The notes below the pieces were generated by a model. The model was not told the DNA's origin. It worked only from the letters and a program-made list of their open reading frames with translations, and ran no database searches. 64,000 nt of DNA from an uncultured Gammaproteobacteria bacterium (GTDB lineage: Bacteria > Patescibacteriota > Patescibacteriia > Magasanikbacterales > UBA922): assembly GCA_964345045.1 (NCBI GenBank), contig CAYFPM010000001.1:172215-236214 (forward strand), read 5' to 3'. Positions 40,101 to 48,379 of the stretch are shown piece after piece. The position numbers and the translations under genes are program-made. Position 1 is the stretch's first letter; each line of letters begins with the position of its first letter.

Positions 40101-40653
40101 AGAAGAATACAATCGCGACGAGTGGATTACTGTAGGAGGAGTAGTAGAAAAAATATTTAAAAAAATTACCAAAAAGGGGAGTGTAATGCTGTTTGTAACC
40201 TTGGCAGATTTGTCTGGTTCTATGGAACTTTTGGTCTTTCCCAAAACTTACGAAAAAACCCAAAGCTTGTGGGAAGAAGGTAAGCTAGTTTGCGTGGTAG
40301 GTAAAACTCCAAGAGAAGAAGGGGATAATAAAATTTTTGTAGAAAATGTTTATGTTTTGGACAAAAGCAATGCCGAATCTATTGCCAGACAAGTTTATCT
40401 GGGAGCTAATACAAAAATAGAAAAGAAAAAAGACAAAAAGGAAAAATTTATAAAAATTAAAATCAGCAAAGAAGAAATGAAAGAAAATACTGATTTTCTA
40501 AAAAAAGTTTTTGCTGATTTTCCAGGGGAATTCCAAGTTTATTTTTCTATTGACGGAGCCGATGTAAAGACAGAAGTAAGAGTAGATTGTAATCCAGAGT
40601 TTGCAAGAGAGATAGAGGACAAGTTGGGAGAGGAGAGGATTGTTATTTCTTAG
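37177..40653 (+). CDS. dnaE: DNA polymerase III alpha subunit
   Basis: N-terminal PHP domain (HLHVHSHYSLLDG), polymerase core, OB fold. 1158 aa. Confidence 0.9.
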   Translation: MAFTHLHVHSHYSLLDGLPKIKELVKAAKKKGFSSVAITDSGAMYGAIEFYKACEAEDIKPIIGFEAYVAPNSMEDKDPQKDKEVYSLILLAENYEGYRNLMVLCSEAHLRGFFNGKPRLDKETLKKYSKNIIALSGDIRGEVPSLLKENKIEAAKVAAKEYYEIFGHDNFYLELQDHPAIPGQIDVNTKMIQLSEELNIPMVVTRDVHYIEPDDAEAQDILTCISNGWKVFQSDREDYRQVDRSLNSEADIRSRFRHVEEAVDNAGKIADRINVEIELDKWHFAPVDLPPGKDANEHLRDEAYKYVGNFYDEVTDEIKERIEYELDIIKTKGYSPYFLCVADYVRYAKSNGIVESTRGSAAGSLVSYVLGITTVDPMRFKLPFERFLNPFRPSPPDVDTDFADDRREEMIEYVTKKYGKEKVAQIITFGTMAARASARDVGRALGLSYSFCDQVAKLIPMGAQGFPMTIERALKEEPDLKKLYDSNEDVNRLLTLAQKVEGCARHTSIHAAGVVISPTPLTDFTPVQYETGGDRLTTQYSMYDVEAAGVLKNDFLGIRNLAILGNAVEIVAKTTGDKVDVYNLPLDDEKVYKMLARGETMGVFQLAGSGMTRWLKELKPTNINDIMAMVALYRPGPMDAIPEYIKRKYNPEFVTFLDERLKKILDASYGLLVYQDDVMLTAIELAGYDWMEADKFRKAMGKKIPEEMAKQKVKFYDGCKNHGKVPKEIIDQLWHAIEPFAAYGFNKAHAASYGIVAYQTAYMKAHYPVQYMTSILQAEFGDTDKVAAIVHACSKMDIDVLPPDVNESFRNFAMVSKQGEKGRIRFGLSAIKNVGEHICDVIYEERKTNGSYKDIEDFLQRVKDKDLNKKSIESLIQAGALDCFGHDRGVLLANIDNVLFFSKQAKEKATSNQNSLFAGTDIAFDSKVTLKEAPDATMDEKLVWEKKLLGLYVSSHPFADYEKIMKEALTPLEEVEEYNRDEWITVGGVVEKIFKKITKKGSVMLFVTLADLSGSMELLVFPKTYEKTQSLWEEGKLVCVVGKTPREEGDNKIFVENVYVLDKSNAESIARQVYLGANTKIEKKKDKKEKFIKIKISKEEMKENTDFLKKVFADFPGEFQVYFSIDGADVKTEVRVDCNPEFAREIEDKLGEERIVIS

Positions 40654-40687
40654 GCAAGTTTTGTCATTTATAAGTTTTATATTTTAA

Positions 40688-40719
40688 GACAGACCCTGCA
40701 TAGGTCTGTCTTTTTTTTG
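40688..40719 (+). terminator. Rho-independent terminator of dnaE (AGACAGACC-CTGCAT-AGGTCTGTCT plus T8)
   Basis: Read directly. Confidence 0.65.
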
Positions 40720-40722
40720 AAG

Positions 40723-40810
40723 ACCACGTTGGCTCCATAGTCCACGCAGTGGCTGTGGAGCCGAGATGCTGCAATATGGCTCCACAGGGCTACGCCACTA
40801 TGGAGCCGGC
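40723..40810. repeat. Nested inverted repeats (GGCTCCATAG/CTATGGAGCC and CTGTGGAGCC/GGCTCCACAG) forming an extended stem-loop structure
   Basis: Four copies of a 10-mer in the order A, B', B, A'. Adjacent to hairpin repeat copy 3. Confidence 0.5.
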
Positions 40811-40812
40811 TT

Positions 40813-40901
40813 GAGGGGGAGCAGGCCTGCCCCGATCGAAGCATCGGGGAGGGGGTCTGGAGTACGATTTGACCCCACCTAGCCTCCCCTGATAGGGGAG
40901 G
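40813..40901. repeat. GC-rich modular hairpin repeat, copy 3 (longest; contains both shared modules)
   Basis: GAGGGGGAGCAGGCCTGCCCCGATCGAAGCATCGGGGAGGGGGTCTGGAGTACGATTTGACCCCACCTAGCCTCCCCTGATAGGGGAGG matches copies 1 and 2 piecewise. Confidence 0.7.
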
Positions 40902-40950
40902 AAATTGATTTAAAGATTTTTCCTTTGCCTCGTAATGACAATTTTAAAAA

Positions 40951-41895
40951 CTAAATCTCATTCAGCGATTTCATGCTTTCGTTGCCATGAATTCTTCGGA
41001 TAGCTTCGGCGAATTTTTTGGTAACAGAAACTACTTCGTGATTCTTTAGAGTACTATTTTCTCTCATTGGGATAGTATCTGTACTTACAAATTTTTCGAT
41101 AGGAGAATTATTTAATTTATCAGCGGCGTTTGGACCTAGAGCCGGATGGACTATACAAGCGTCTACAGACATCGCTCCCGCTTCTTGCATTAAATATTCT
41201 GCATCTTTTATCAGTGTCCCGCCACTTACAGTCTCATCGTCTATTAGCAAAACTTTTTTATTTTTTACATCCCCAATCACTCCTTTTATTTTTACAGTTT
41301 CGTCATTGCTTTCGCGGCGTTTGTCCATAATAGCTACTGGTAGGTTTAGGCCATCGGCATAGTCTTTTAGCATTTTGGCAGCGCCAGCGTCTCCGGCTAC
41401 CAGGCAATAATTTTCCAAATTCCAATTTTCTTTTAGGTGTTTGATTATTTCCGGGGCAGCTACTAGCTCGTCTGTGCGAATAGAAAAAAATCCTTGCACT
41501 TGGGGGGAGTGCATATCCATCATCATCACTCTATTTGCTCCAGCAGCTTCTAGCATGTCGGCTATTAGTCTAGAAGTTATACAAACTCTGGGTTGGTCGC
41601 GTTTGTCCGACCTAACGTAGGGTAGGTAGGGAAGCACGGCAGTAATGCGTTTGGCATTGGCATCGCGCAGGGTTCTTATAATTATAAATAATTCCATGAG
41701 ATGCTTGTCTACTGGGGCCGACTGAGTTTGGATTACAAACACGTCATCGCCACGCACAGGTTCGTCAATTGATACAAATAGGTTGTCGTTGCTAAAAGTT
41801 TTGATGGTGGTTTGGGTTTCTTTTACACCCAAGTGCTCACAAACTTGTTTGGTAAATTCTTGGTGGCTGCTGCCACTGATAATGCGTAGGTTCAT
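40951..41895 (-). CDS. prs: ribose-phosphate pyrophosphokinase
   Basis: 314 aa, conserved PRPP synthetase N- and C-terminal PRT domains (PRPP-binding loop DDETVSGGTL-like). Confidence 0.9.
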   Translation of the reverse strand: MNLRIISGSSHQEFTKQVCEHLGVKETQTTIKTFSNDNLFVSIDEPVRGDDVFVIQTQSAPVDKHLMELFIIIRTLRDANAKRITAVLPYLPYVRSDKRDQPRVCITSRLIADMLEAAGANRVMMMDMHSPQVQGFFSIRTDELVAAPEIIKHLKENWNLENYCLVAGDAGAAKMLKDYADGLNLPVAIMDKRRESNDETVKIKGVIGDVKNKKVLLIDDETVSGGTLIKDAEYLMQEAGAMSVDACIVHPALGPNAADKLNNSPIEKFVSTDTIPMRENSTLKNHEVVSVTKKFAEAIRRIHGNESMKSLNEI

Positions 41896-41935
41896 ATAGT
41901 TGTAATCGTAAATCTAAAGTCTAAAATTAAAAAAT

Positions 41936-43060
41936 TTAATATACCCTCCAATTTGGATCGACTTTTATGTCTTGCCAATTGGTGAATTCTTTTTTAATAG
42001 CTTTGTAATAACCGGCCACAGCAATCATAGCAGCGTTGTCCATTGAATAGTTTGTAGTTGGTAGTAAGTAGTGAGTAGGCGTTTCTAATTTTTTGATTTC
42101 AGTTTCTAAAGTTTCGCGAAGTTTGGGATTGGCGCTTACTCCACCGCCAAGCAAAATTGTTTTTGGTTTGTATTTTTTGGCTGCACCTATAGTTTTGCTA
42201 ACCAAACTATCTACAATTGCCCACTCAAAACTGGCACAAAAATCATTTAGAGTGGTTTCATGTTTATTTATGCCAAAAATTCCAGCTGCAAATTTTGCTA
42301 GAGGATTAGTATTTATAGCGGCTAGTTTGTTATCACGGAGCCAATAAAGAGCAGCAGTTTTTAAACCAGAAAAACTAAAATTAAAATTATCTTTTTTGTT
42401 CATAGCTCTGGGGAAGGCAATAGCATTTGTATTCCCATCTTTGGCAAGTTTGGAAATTTTTGGTCCACCAGGATACTCAAAACCGAGTAGCTTGCCAACT
42501 TTGTCAAAAGCTTCACCAGCAGCATCGTCTTGGGTTTTGCCAATTAGTTCAAAATTTTCTGGGCTTTTTAGATGCAAAATTTCGGTGTGCCCGCCACTTA
42601 CTACTAGAGCTAGAGCGGGGTATTCGATATCTGATTTTTGATTTTGAACAAGAGCAGAAAGTGCGTGGCCAGCAATGTGATTGGTAGCGACCAGCGGAAC
42701 ATCCCACAAGTAAGACAAAGCTTTGGCAGCTTCTACCCCAATTACTAGCCCGGTGACCAAACCAGGACCCGCCGTAACTGCAATCACATCTGGTTTAAAC
42801 TCAGATTTTTGATTTAGGATTTTAGATTTATGATTTTCTAACACGGCTTCTATTACTGGAAAAATGTTTTCGGCGTGCTGGCGGCCAGCCACTTCCGGTA
42901 CCACTCCGCCGTACTTTTTATGTACTTCTATCTGGCTAGCTGTTTTTTCGGCTATTACAAAAAATCCTTTGTCCGAGCAATCGACCAAGGCTACAGAGGT
43001 ATCGTCGCAAGATGATTCTATGGCTAAGACTTTCATAAAAACACTAAATTTTGAAATCAT
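41936..43060 (-). CDS. tsaD: tRNA N6-adenosine threonylcarbamoyltransferase TsaD (Kae1/Gcp family); the likely start is the internal MKVLAIESS
   Basis: LAIESSCDDTSVALV, two HxxH-like metal ligands (NHIAGH), ASKH fold length. Confidence 0.85.
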   Translation of the reverse strand: MISKFSVFMKVLAIESSCDDTSVALVDCSDKGFFVIAEKTASQIEVHKKYGGVVPEVAGRQHAENIFPVIEAVLENHKSKILNQKSEFKPDVIAVTAGPGLVTGLVIGVEAAKALSYLWDVPLVATNHIAGHALSALVQNQKSDIEYPALALVVSGGHTEILHLKSPENFELIGKTQDDAAGEAFDKVGKLLGFEYPGGPKISKLAKDGNTNAIAFPRAMNKKDNFNFSFSGLKTAALYWLRDNKLAAINTNPLAKFAAGIFGINKHETTLNDFCASFEWAIVDSLVSKTIGAAKKYKPKTILLGGGVSANPKLRETLETEIKKLETPTHYLLPTTNYSMDNAAMIAVAGYYKAIKKEFTNWQDIKVDPNWRVY

Positions 43061-43134
43061 TAAATCAAGCTTAGTCTAACAAAAAAGTGGCCTTGTGGCC
43101 ACCTGATTGATTGCTATTATATATAGCGAAGAAT

Positions 43135-43318
43135 TTATAGCGTGTAGCCCGTAGGGGAATCTCACGTCGCTTGCTTCGCAGCTCCTGGGGAACTTTCCAG
43201 TTCCCCAGCCCTCCATCGCAAGTAAGGGGCTTTGCCCCTTACCATCCCCCGTTCGCTTCCCTTATATGAATCAGCAAAAAACAAAAAGACCAGCTTTCAG
43301 CTGATCTTTTTGTTTTTC
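43135..43318 (+). ncRNA. candidate small structured RNA or leader (GC-rich hairpins GGGGAACTTTCCAGTTCCCC and TAAGGGGCTTTGCCCCTTAC, ending in a terminator hairpin plus T-run at 43283-43316)
   Basis: No ORF. The TTGATT...TATATA promoter-like sequence upstream (43106-43126) and the three consecutive hairpins plus intrinsic terminator were read directly. Identity unknown. Confidence 0.2.
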
Positions 43319-43727
43319 GTAGACGACGGGGGAGACAGCTCGAACAAACTAATCGAAGAAGTCATGGCGTGGTCCAGAGTCGTGGACTCCAGCGACGAGC
43401 AAAACGAGGCAGTGTAGAAGGTGCCGCGCGGTCGGAGCCTGGAGAGTGGAGGGCCAGGAGGCCGAGAGCACGGGAGTTCGGACGACTCGCCCCAAGTCCG
43501 CGGAACATCGTCCCACAACATCTGTGGCAGAAGCTGGTGATCCCGAGCCAGTTCGTCGTGAAACCGGCCCTGCGGGATCGAATCTCGCCGTCACTACCCG
43601 CCGCCCCCAAGTCTTGTGAGACGATCCACGAAAACTCTGGAGCACTGGCGCCCCCGATACCGCGCTCAACCAAGAGCCGACCCTCCTATTGCAGGCCGCC
43701 GTCTGCATCCTGTAGAATAGATGGCCT

Positions 43728-45344
43728 ATGCCTCCGACTATCATAAGACTCTCGACCTACGCTCTGGAAGTCGATATCTCATCCAAAGACCTCGTCATTC
43801 TCGGTGCGAATGGCTCAGGAAAGTCGACGCTCGGGATAGAAGTCGCACAGAGCAGCCAGGCAATTCGGATCTCGGCACGTCGCACCCTGGATCTCGCCGA
43901 CTCAATCCCGATGAACTCGCTGCACGATGCAACCAAGAGCTATGAGCAAACTAGTGCGCAGAGCCTTCGCAACCGTATAAGTCAGCAGAATGACTTCGGT
44001 CAGGCTCTTGTGTTGCTACTGGCGCACGAGACCGAACATGGGAACAGCCTTCTCGCTAGAGTCAGAGCTGCGGAAGAGACGCGCTTGACGAGACAAGAGG
44101 GCTACACGAAACTCTCGCAGGCAGTGGAGGTGTGGGAGGCACTTTTCCCCGGTCGTCGCCTGACTTTCAACCGCCATCAGCCGAGGGTAACCCAGGATGG
44201 CTCGACGGGATTTCCCGCGCAGACATACGGGCAGACGCAAATGAGCGACGGCGAGAAGCAGGCGCTCTATCTAATAGCGAAGATACTCCTTGTGTCGAGC
44301 GGCAACATAATAGTAGTAGATGAGCCGGAAACGCACTTGCATTCAGCGCTCGCCCGGGAGCTCTGGGATCGCCTTCGAGCTCTACAGCCGGAACGAAAGT
44401 TCATCTACATAACGCATGACGTCCCTTTCGCGTTGAGCAGAGCGAACGCAAAGCTCCTCTTTCTGCACTCGAGGAATAGGGCGACTGTTGTCGATGATCT
44501 GGCTGACCTGCCTGCGAGCGCCATCGAGTCGCTTGTTGGCGCTGCCACGTCTTCCGTTAAGAATAGTAAAATCGTGTTGTGCGAGGGGACCTCCTCTTCG
44601 CTCGACTACTCGATCCTCAGCGCATGGTACTCCAGTGAGGACGTAAGCGTTGTTCCTGTAGGAAGTTGCGACACCGTTCAGGCCTGCATGTTGGCACTTC
44701 CAACCTCCCAAGTGCTGGCGGGGGCGTCTTTCCTCGGGGTGGTCGATCGAGACCAACGTAGCCAGCCGGAGCTCCAGCACATCAAGAGGCAGGGTATACA
44801 CATCCTTGGGGTCTCCGAGATTGAGCACCTCCTGGTGCTTCGCGGTGTGATACGACAGATCGCTTCGGTCCAAAAGTCAGAGTCTGCTGATGCCGCAGAC
44901 AGGGCGATTGACGCAGTGCGCGCCCGCATTCGGCAGCACCATGGTAGCCGGCTCCATATTGCCGCATTCGAGTACGCCAAGGAAGCAGCCCGGTGGCAGT
45001 TCACGTTCCCCAAGGGGAGGCTGTCACCGGGGAGCACGCTCGATGAAGCAAAGCAGAGCCTGCAAGGCGGCATGGGGAACCTCCCCAGTACCTCGCAGGT
45101 CGGCAATTTCGTTGACGACGCACACTCGCAGCTGAAGGCGGTTCTCGACCGGGGGGAGCTGGAGGAGATGCTGAAGCACCTCCAGCTCAAAGGGCTCCAT
45201 GGCTTGGCTGCTTCGCCCTTGGGGCTAACCGCCGATGGATACAAGAGTGTGTTCATCGGCGTCCTTCGCGGTATGCACGGCGATGGGGCGCGCAATTCAA
45301 TGCGCCAGGTCCTAGCGGATTTCCTGCCGCCGCTAGCTCCGTAA
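43728..45344 (+). CDS. ABC-type ATPase fused to a TOPRIM/DUF4435-like domain (OLD-family / Gabija GajA / PARIS AriAB-like ATP-dependent nuclease)
   Basis: Walker A GANGSGKST, signature MSDGEKQALYL, Walker B IIVVDEPETHLH, H-loop IYITHD. C-terminal IVLCEGTSSSLDYSIL (TOPRIM Glu), VVPVGSCDTV and GVVDRDQRS (DxD). A TAGAAT -10 lies immediately upstream (leaderless-like). Confidence 0.55.
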   Translation: MPPTIIRLSTYALEVDISSKDLVILGANGSGKSTLGIEVAQSSQAIRISARRTLDLADSIPMNSLHDATKSYEQTSAQSLRNRISQQNDFGQALVLLLAHETEHGNSLLARVRAAEETRLTRQEGYTKLSQAVEVWEALFPGRRLTFNRHQPRVTQDGSTGFPAQTYGQTQMSDGEKQALYLIAKILLVSSGNIIVVDEPETHLHSALARELWDRLRALQPERKFIYITHDVPFALSRANAKLLFLHSRNRATVVDDLADLPASAIESLVGAATSSVKNSKIVLCEGTSSSLDYSILSAWYSSEDVSVVPVGSCDTVQACMLALPTSQVLAGASFLGVVDRDQRSQPELQHIKRQGIHILGVSEIEHLLVLRGVIRQIASVQKSESADAADRAIDAVRARIRQHHGSRLHIAAFEYAKEAARWQFTFPKGRLSPGSTLDEAKQSLQGGMGNLPSTSQVGNFVDDAHSQLKAVLDRGELEEMLKHLQLKGLHGLAASPLGLTADGYKSVFIGVLRGMHGDGARNSMRQVLADFLPPLAP

Positions 45345-45622
45345 ACTCAAATGAATGCAGATTCCCTGGACTGATGGGATAGTACGAGACCGGCGCATGT
45401 GCGCCGGTCTTGTGGGTGGTGGAGATGGATGGAAGGCGTCGAACATGCACGGAGCGGGCCCTTCGGATGCGACGGGGTTTGTGACTCCAGGGTGTCTTGG
45501 GATACTTCGGCAAGCGAAGGAGTACAGATGTAGTGCGGGCTCGCCGTGGTCATGAGGCCTGTGGGAGCTGCAGCAGCGTTGCGCCTCCATGAGCGGACGG
45601 CCATTGTACGGGGTGCTCTTGG

Positions 45623-46192
45623 CTAGAGTCTACGCTCAAAGGTCAATGGTCCGATCAACATATTACCAGACTCCGTTGTATCCTCTGTTACGTAGTGTCC
45701 CTCTATCGGGCCTTCTGGCGTGATGTGGATAGCCCCGATTCCACGCCAGCTGGTCGTGTCGTCGCCGGCTGTCGTACCCTTATAGATCATGTAGGCCGTC
45801 CGACCTTGCTTAACACCGCTGCCCTCGATCTGAGACGTCACCGAGGGGCCGCCGTCCAGCGGTACTGCCGTCATCGAGGCCGCGATATCAACGCGCCCAT
45901 CCGAACACTCACCAATCTTCCCTCCAGAGAATCGATACCGAAACTTTGGTGTCATCCCCTGGATGGCGAGGTCTCCGGCCTCGCCAATCACGCTGATTTC
46001 ACGCCGGTCCTTGCAGAGCTTCTTCTCTCGGTCGTAGCCCTCGCAAAACTCTAACATGAAGCTGGGGCGACCGAGACTCGCAAAAACAACACTGGCCAGG
46101 AGACTCGTGCACACTCCGAGGAAGAAGGCCAAGGCCCTGCCTGGCGGCTTGCGATCATCATGTAGTTGCATCTGTCGCTCCAGATCCCGCAT
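45623..46192 (-). CDS. exported hypothetical protein (start taken at the internal MRDLERQ... Met before the signal-like helix)
   Basis: Hydrophobic LAFFLGVCTSLLASVVFA near the N-terminus. GC3-rich. The longer ORF 45623..46393 probably includes 5' non-coding sequence. Confidence 0.35.
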   Translation of the reverse strand: MRDLERQMQLHDDRKPPGRALAFFLGVCTSLLASVVFASLGRPSFMLEFCEGYDREKKLCKDRREISVIGEAGDLAIQGMTPKFRYRFSGGKIGECSDGRVDIAASMTAVPLDGGPSVTSQIEGSGVKQGRTAYMIYKGTTAGDDTTSWRGIGAIHITPEGPIEGHYVTEDTTESGNMLIGPLTFERRL

Positions 46193-46517
46193 AGTAGCGG
46201 AGGTCGGCGGAGTCAATAATGGGGCAAACGACCCAGTCGCGGTGCTTCGGTGCGTCGAAGTCCCAGAGGGGGGAGAGGTCGCTCGAGCTTGAGCCCGGCG
46301 TGCGCTCTGAGTTCGTAGGCTGGAACACAATTGCAGACGCGGCACGAGCGTGGAGCAGCGCACCTTGCGAATGTCTGCACTCTGATGGCCCATACTATTC
46401 CTGGCAGGCGGTAGCTCCGGTGAGGCCTACCAAGCCTCTTTGATGCTGGCGAGTTCCGATAGCAGCATAGATGGCTTGCGCTCGTTGGTGCTCTCAGTGA
46501 TGTACATGAGCATGCGT

Positions 46518-46866
46518 CGGGCTCGTGTAACCGCAACGGTTCCAAGAACTCCATCGGGTCGTCGTGGAGCAAGCCCTCTTGCCGCAGCCAGCGGCAGAAC
46601 GAGACCAGCCCCCAGTAGCGGTGGTTGAAGGCAGCTCTCGAATCGCCCGACGAGTCGGTCAAAAAGCGGCTCACCATGGCCGTTGATGGAGAGCTGAGCT
46701 CTGCGGCCTCGCCGATGGCCTCGAGCGATAGAAAGGACTCGAAGTCCGCCACCACCCGAGCGTAACGTCGGGTCACGGCCGGAGCGAGCTTCCTCCCTCC
46801 TCGCAGGTAGACCTCGAAGTTGGCCACCAGGTCCCTATCCATAGAGTGCAGATCTTTGGCAAGCAC
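46518..46866 (-). pseudogene. tyrosine recombinase N-terminal (SAM-like/core-binding) domain remnant; catalytic domain absent
   Basis: LAPAVTRRYARVVADFESFL...RAAFNHRYWGLVSFCRWLRQEGLLHDDP matches the integrase N-terminal domain. The downstream continuation (to 46213) shows no R-K-H-R-H-Y catalytic signatures. Confidence 0.4.
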
Positions 46867-47202
46867 GACGCCCGGAGCTTAGGCGCCCACTGAAGTCGTC
46901 GTCAATCCAATTATGCCCGATACACCCAGATTGGGCAGAACTACCTCGACTCACAGAGTCCCTACTGTAGGATGTGATCCCCGTTCTTTCGAAATCGAAG
47001 ACAAGCGACTTCTCGGCTCGGTTCTGCCTCGTTTCCGACCATGTGGTGCATCGGGTGCACGCAAGTGTACTTGCTGGAGCGCAGCTCTACCCGCGACGTC
47101 GGGAAAGCCAACCTGCTCGATGGGACAGGTTCGGAGGAAAGCTGGCTGTCGCCTCATTCGGGGGATTGTCACACCTGCGGAGCTTCGCGCACTACGACAG
47201 TC

Positions 47203-47595
47203 GTGGAAAAGGGAAGAACTACCATCGCCCTTCTCGACGATGATGCCGCCCTGCGTCGCCCGCTCGCGAAGTTCCTGCGGAGAGAGGGCTACCGTTGCTT
47301 GGAGTTCAGCTCGGCCGAGGAGTTCCTTGAGGCGAAGCCTCTCGTCTCACTTGTCGTCTCGGACGTGGAGATGGGGGCGATGTCTGGCCTCGAGTTGCGC
47401 AAGCGGTTGGCGGGTGCCACAACGGTTGTCCTTATGTCTGGCTCGGGAGAAGTCGAAGTTGACTTGCCGAAGCCGTTCCCGATCTCGAAGCTCACGACCG
47501 TAGTGGAGGCTGCCTTGCAGAGCGCAGCCATGCGCCCGGTTGATCGCGGAGCCAGTCCGGAGCCGAGTTTGCTCTCGATCATGGCCGGTGGTTGA
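47203..47595 (+). CDS. single-domain response regulator (CheY-like receiver); the annotated ORF begins at 47041 but the receiver starts near a GTG at 47203
   Basis: IALLDDDAALRRPLAKFL...LVVSDVEMGAMSGLEL...VVLMSG are receiver-domain acidic-pocket and phospho-Asp motifs. No output domain. Confidence 0.45.
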   Translation: MEKGRTTIALLDDDAALRRPLAKFLRREGYRCLEFSSAEEFLEAKPLVSLVVSDVEMGAMSGLELRKRLAGATTVVLMSGSGEVEVDLPKPFPISKLTTVVEAALQSAAMRPVDRGASPEPSLLSIMAGG

Positions 47596-47710
47596 CCTGA
47601 CGAAGCGGCCCAGTGTTGGGCAGCGGAACTCCACCCCCGCGGAGTGGTAGTTGCGGGTCTTCAGTGCGTATCGGCGCGAGAGGTTCGCTGGTATGCAGGA
47701 GGTCCGTGAC

Positions 47711-48379
47711 CTACTTCGCGATACCAGTGCCCAAGATCTTCTCAATGGCCGCGCTTTCTAACGCTTTCAGTTCATTGATGTGCGATTCAATCGTCGGCTT
47801 GCGTGGGTGCACGACTCTCAGTCTCTCGAGTTGGACGCCAGCCACCTCGATGGTATAGCGGCGAAGAGTGCCGTTACTATAGTAGTCCGCGTCGACTGCT
47901 GTGATGACCCCAGCGATTTCCAGCCTCACTCGGACCTTTGGGACTGAGATGAGTAGCTTGCTGCACTTCTTCTGCTGTTCTATGAGTCTCTCGATCTGTT
48001 TGCTGAGTTTCTTCAGCGAGGGATGGTCTGAAGTGATCTTCCAGTAGCCCTCTGAGGCGTCGAAGCTGATTGGAGCTCCTCTGAGGTGTAAGACAGGTAT
48101 GTCGCTGTCGATGTTGATTCGCCTTCGACCTATGAGGCGGGCGCAGATGAATGTTTCGCGGGTTGCGGGGTCATACCTCCCGAGAGCTTTGAGGAACTGC
48201 TCGATCGTAGAGTGGGTTTCGTCGTGCTCCGCCGCAAAGAGCTTGCAGACTTGGCTGTCGTTTTCATTTCTGCAGACTTGGAGCCTCCGTGTTCTGCATT
48301 TCTCACGACTGTCTGCACCAGCAGCTGGTCGTGGCGTTAGAGCAACTCCAAGTAGCAGCGCTAGTACTGCCGGCCGCAC
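47711..48379 (-). CDS. exported hypothetical protein (signal peptide)
   Basis: N-terminal MRPAVLALLLGVALTPRPAAGA. GC3-rich. Confidence 0.4.
   Translation of the reverse strand: MRPAVLALLLGVALTPRPAAGADSREKCRTRRLQVCRNENDSQVCKLFAAEHDETHSTIEQFLKALGRYDPATRETFICARLIGRRRINIDSDIPVLHLRGAPISFDASEGYWKITSDHPSLKKLSKQIERLIEQQKKCSKLLISVPKVRVRLEIAGVITAVDADYYSNGTLRRYTIEVAGVQLERLRVVHPRKPTIESHINELKALESAAIEKILGTGIAK

Noticed and set aside
43369-43746. 125-aa ORF (and overlapping minus-strand ORFs) at the left edge of the GC-rich element
   Set aside because: Arg/Pro/Ser-rich low-complexity translations with no SD or promoter context. More likely non-coding att-proximal DNA.
44678-45295. 205-aa minus-strand ORF (and several other long antisense ORFs between 43.3 and 55.9 kb)
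   Set aside because: High-GC DNA yields long spurious ORFs in all frames. The sense-strand ATPase-TOPRIM gene has the full set of Walker/TOPRIM motifs.
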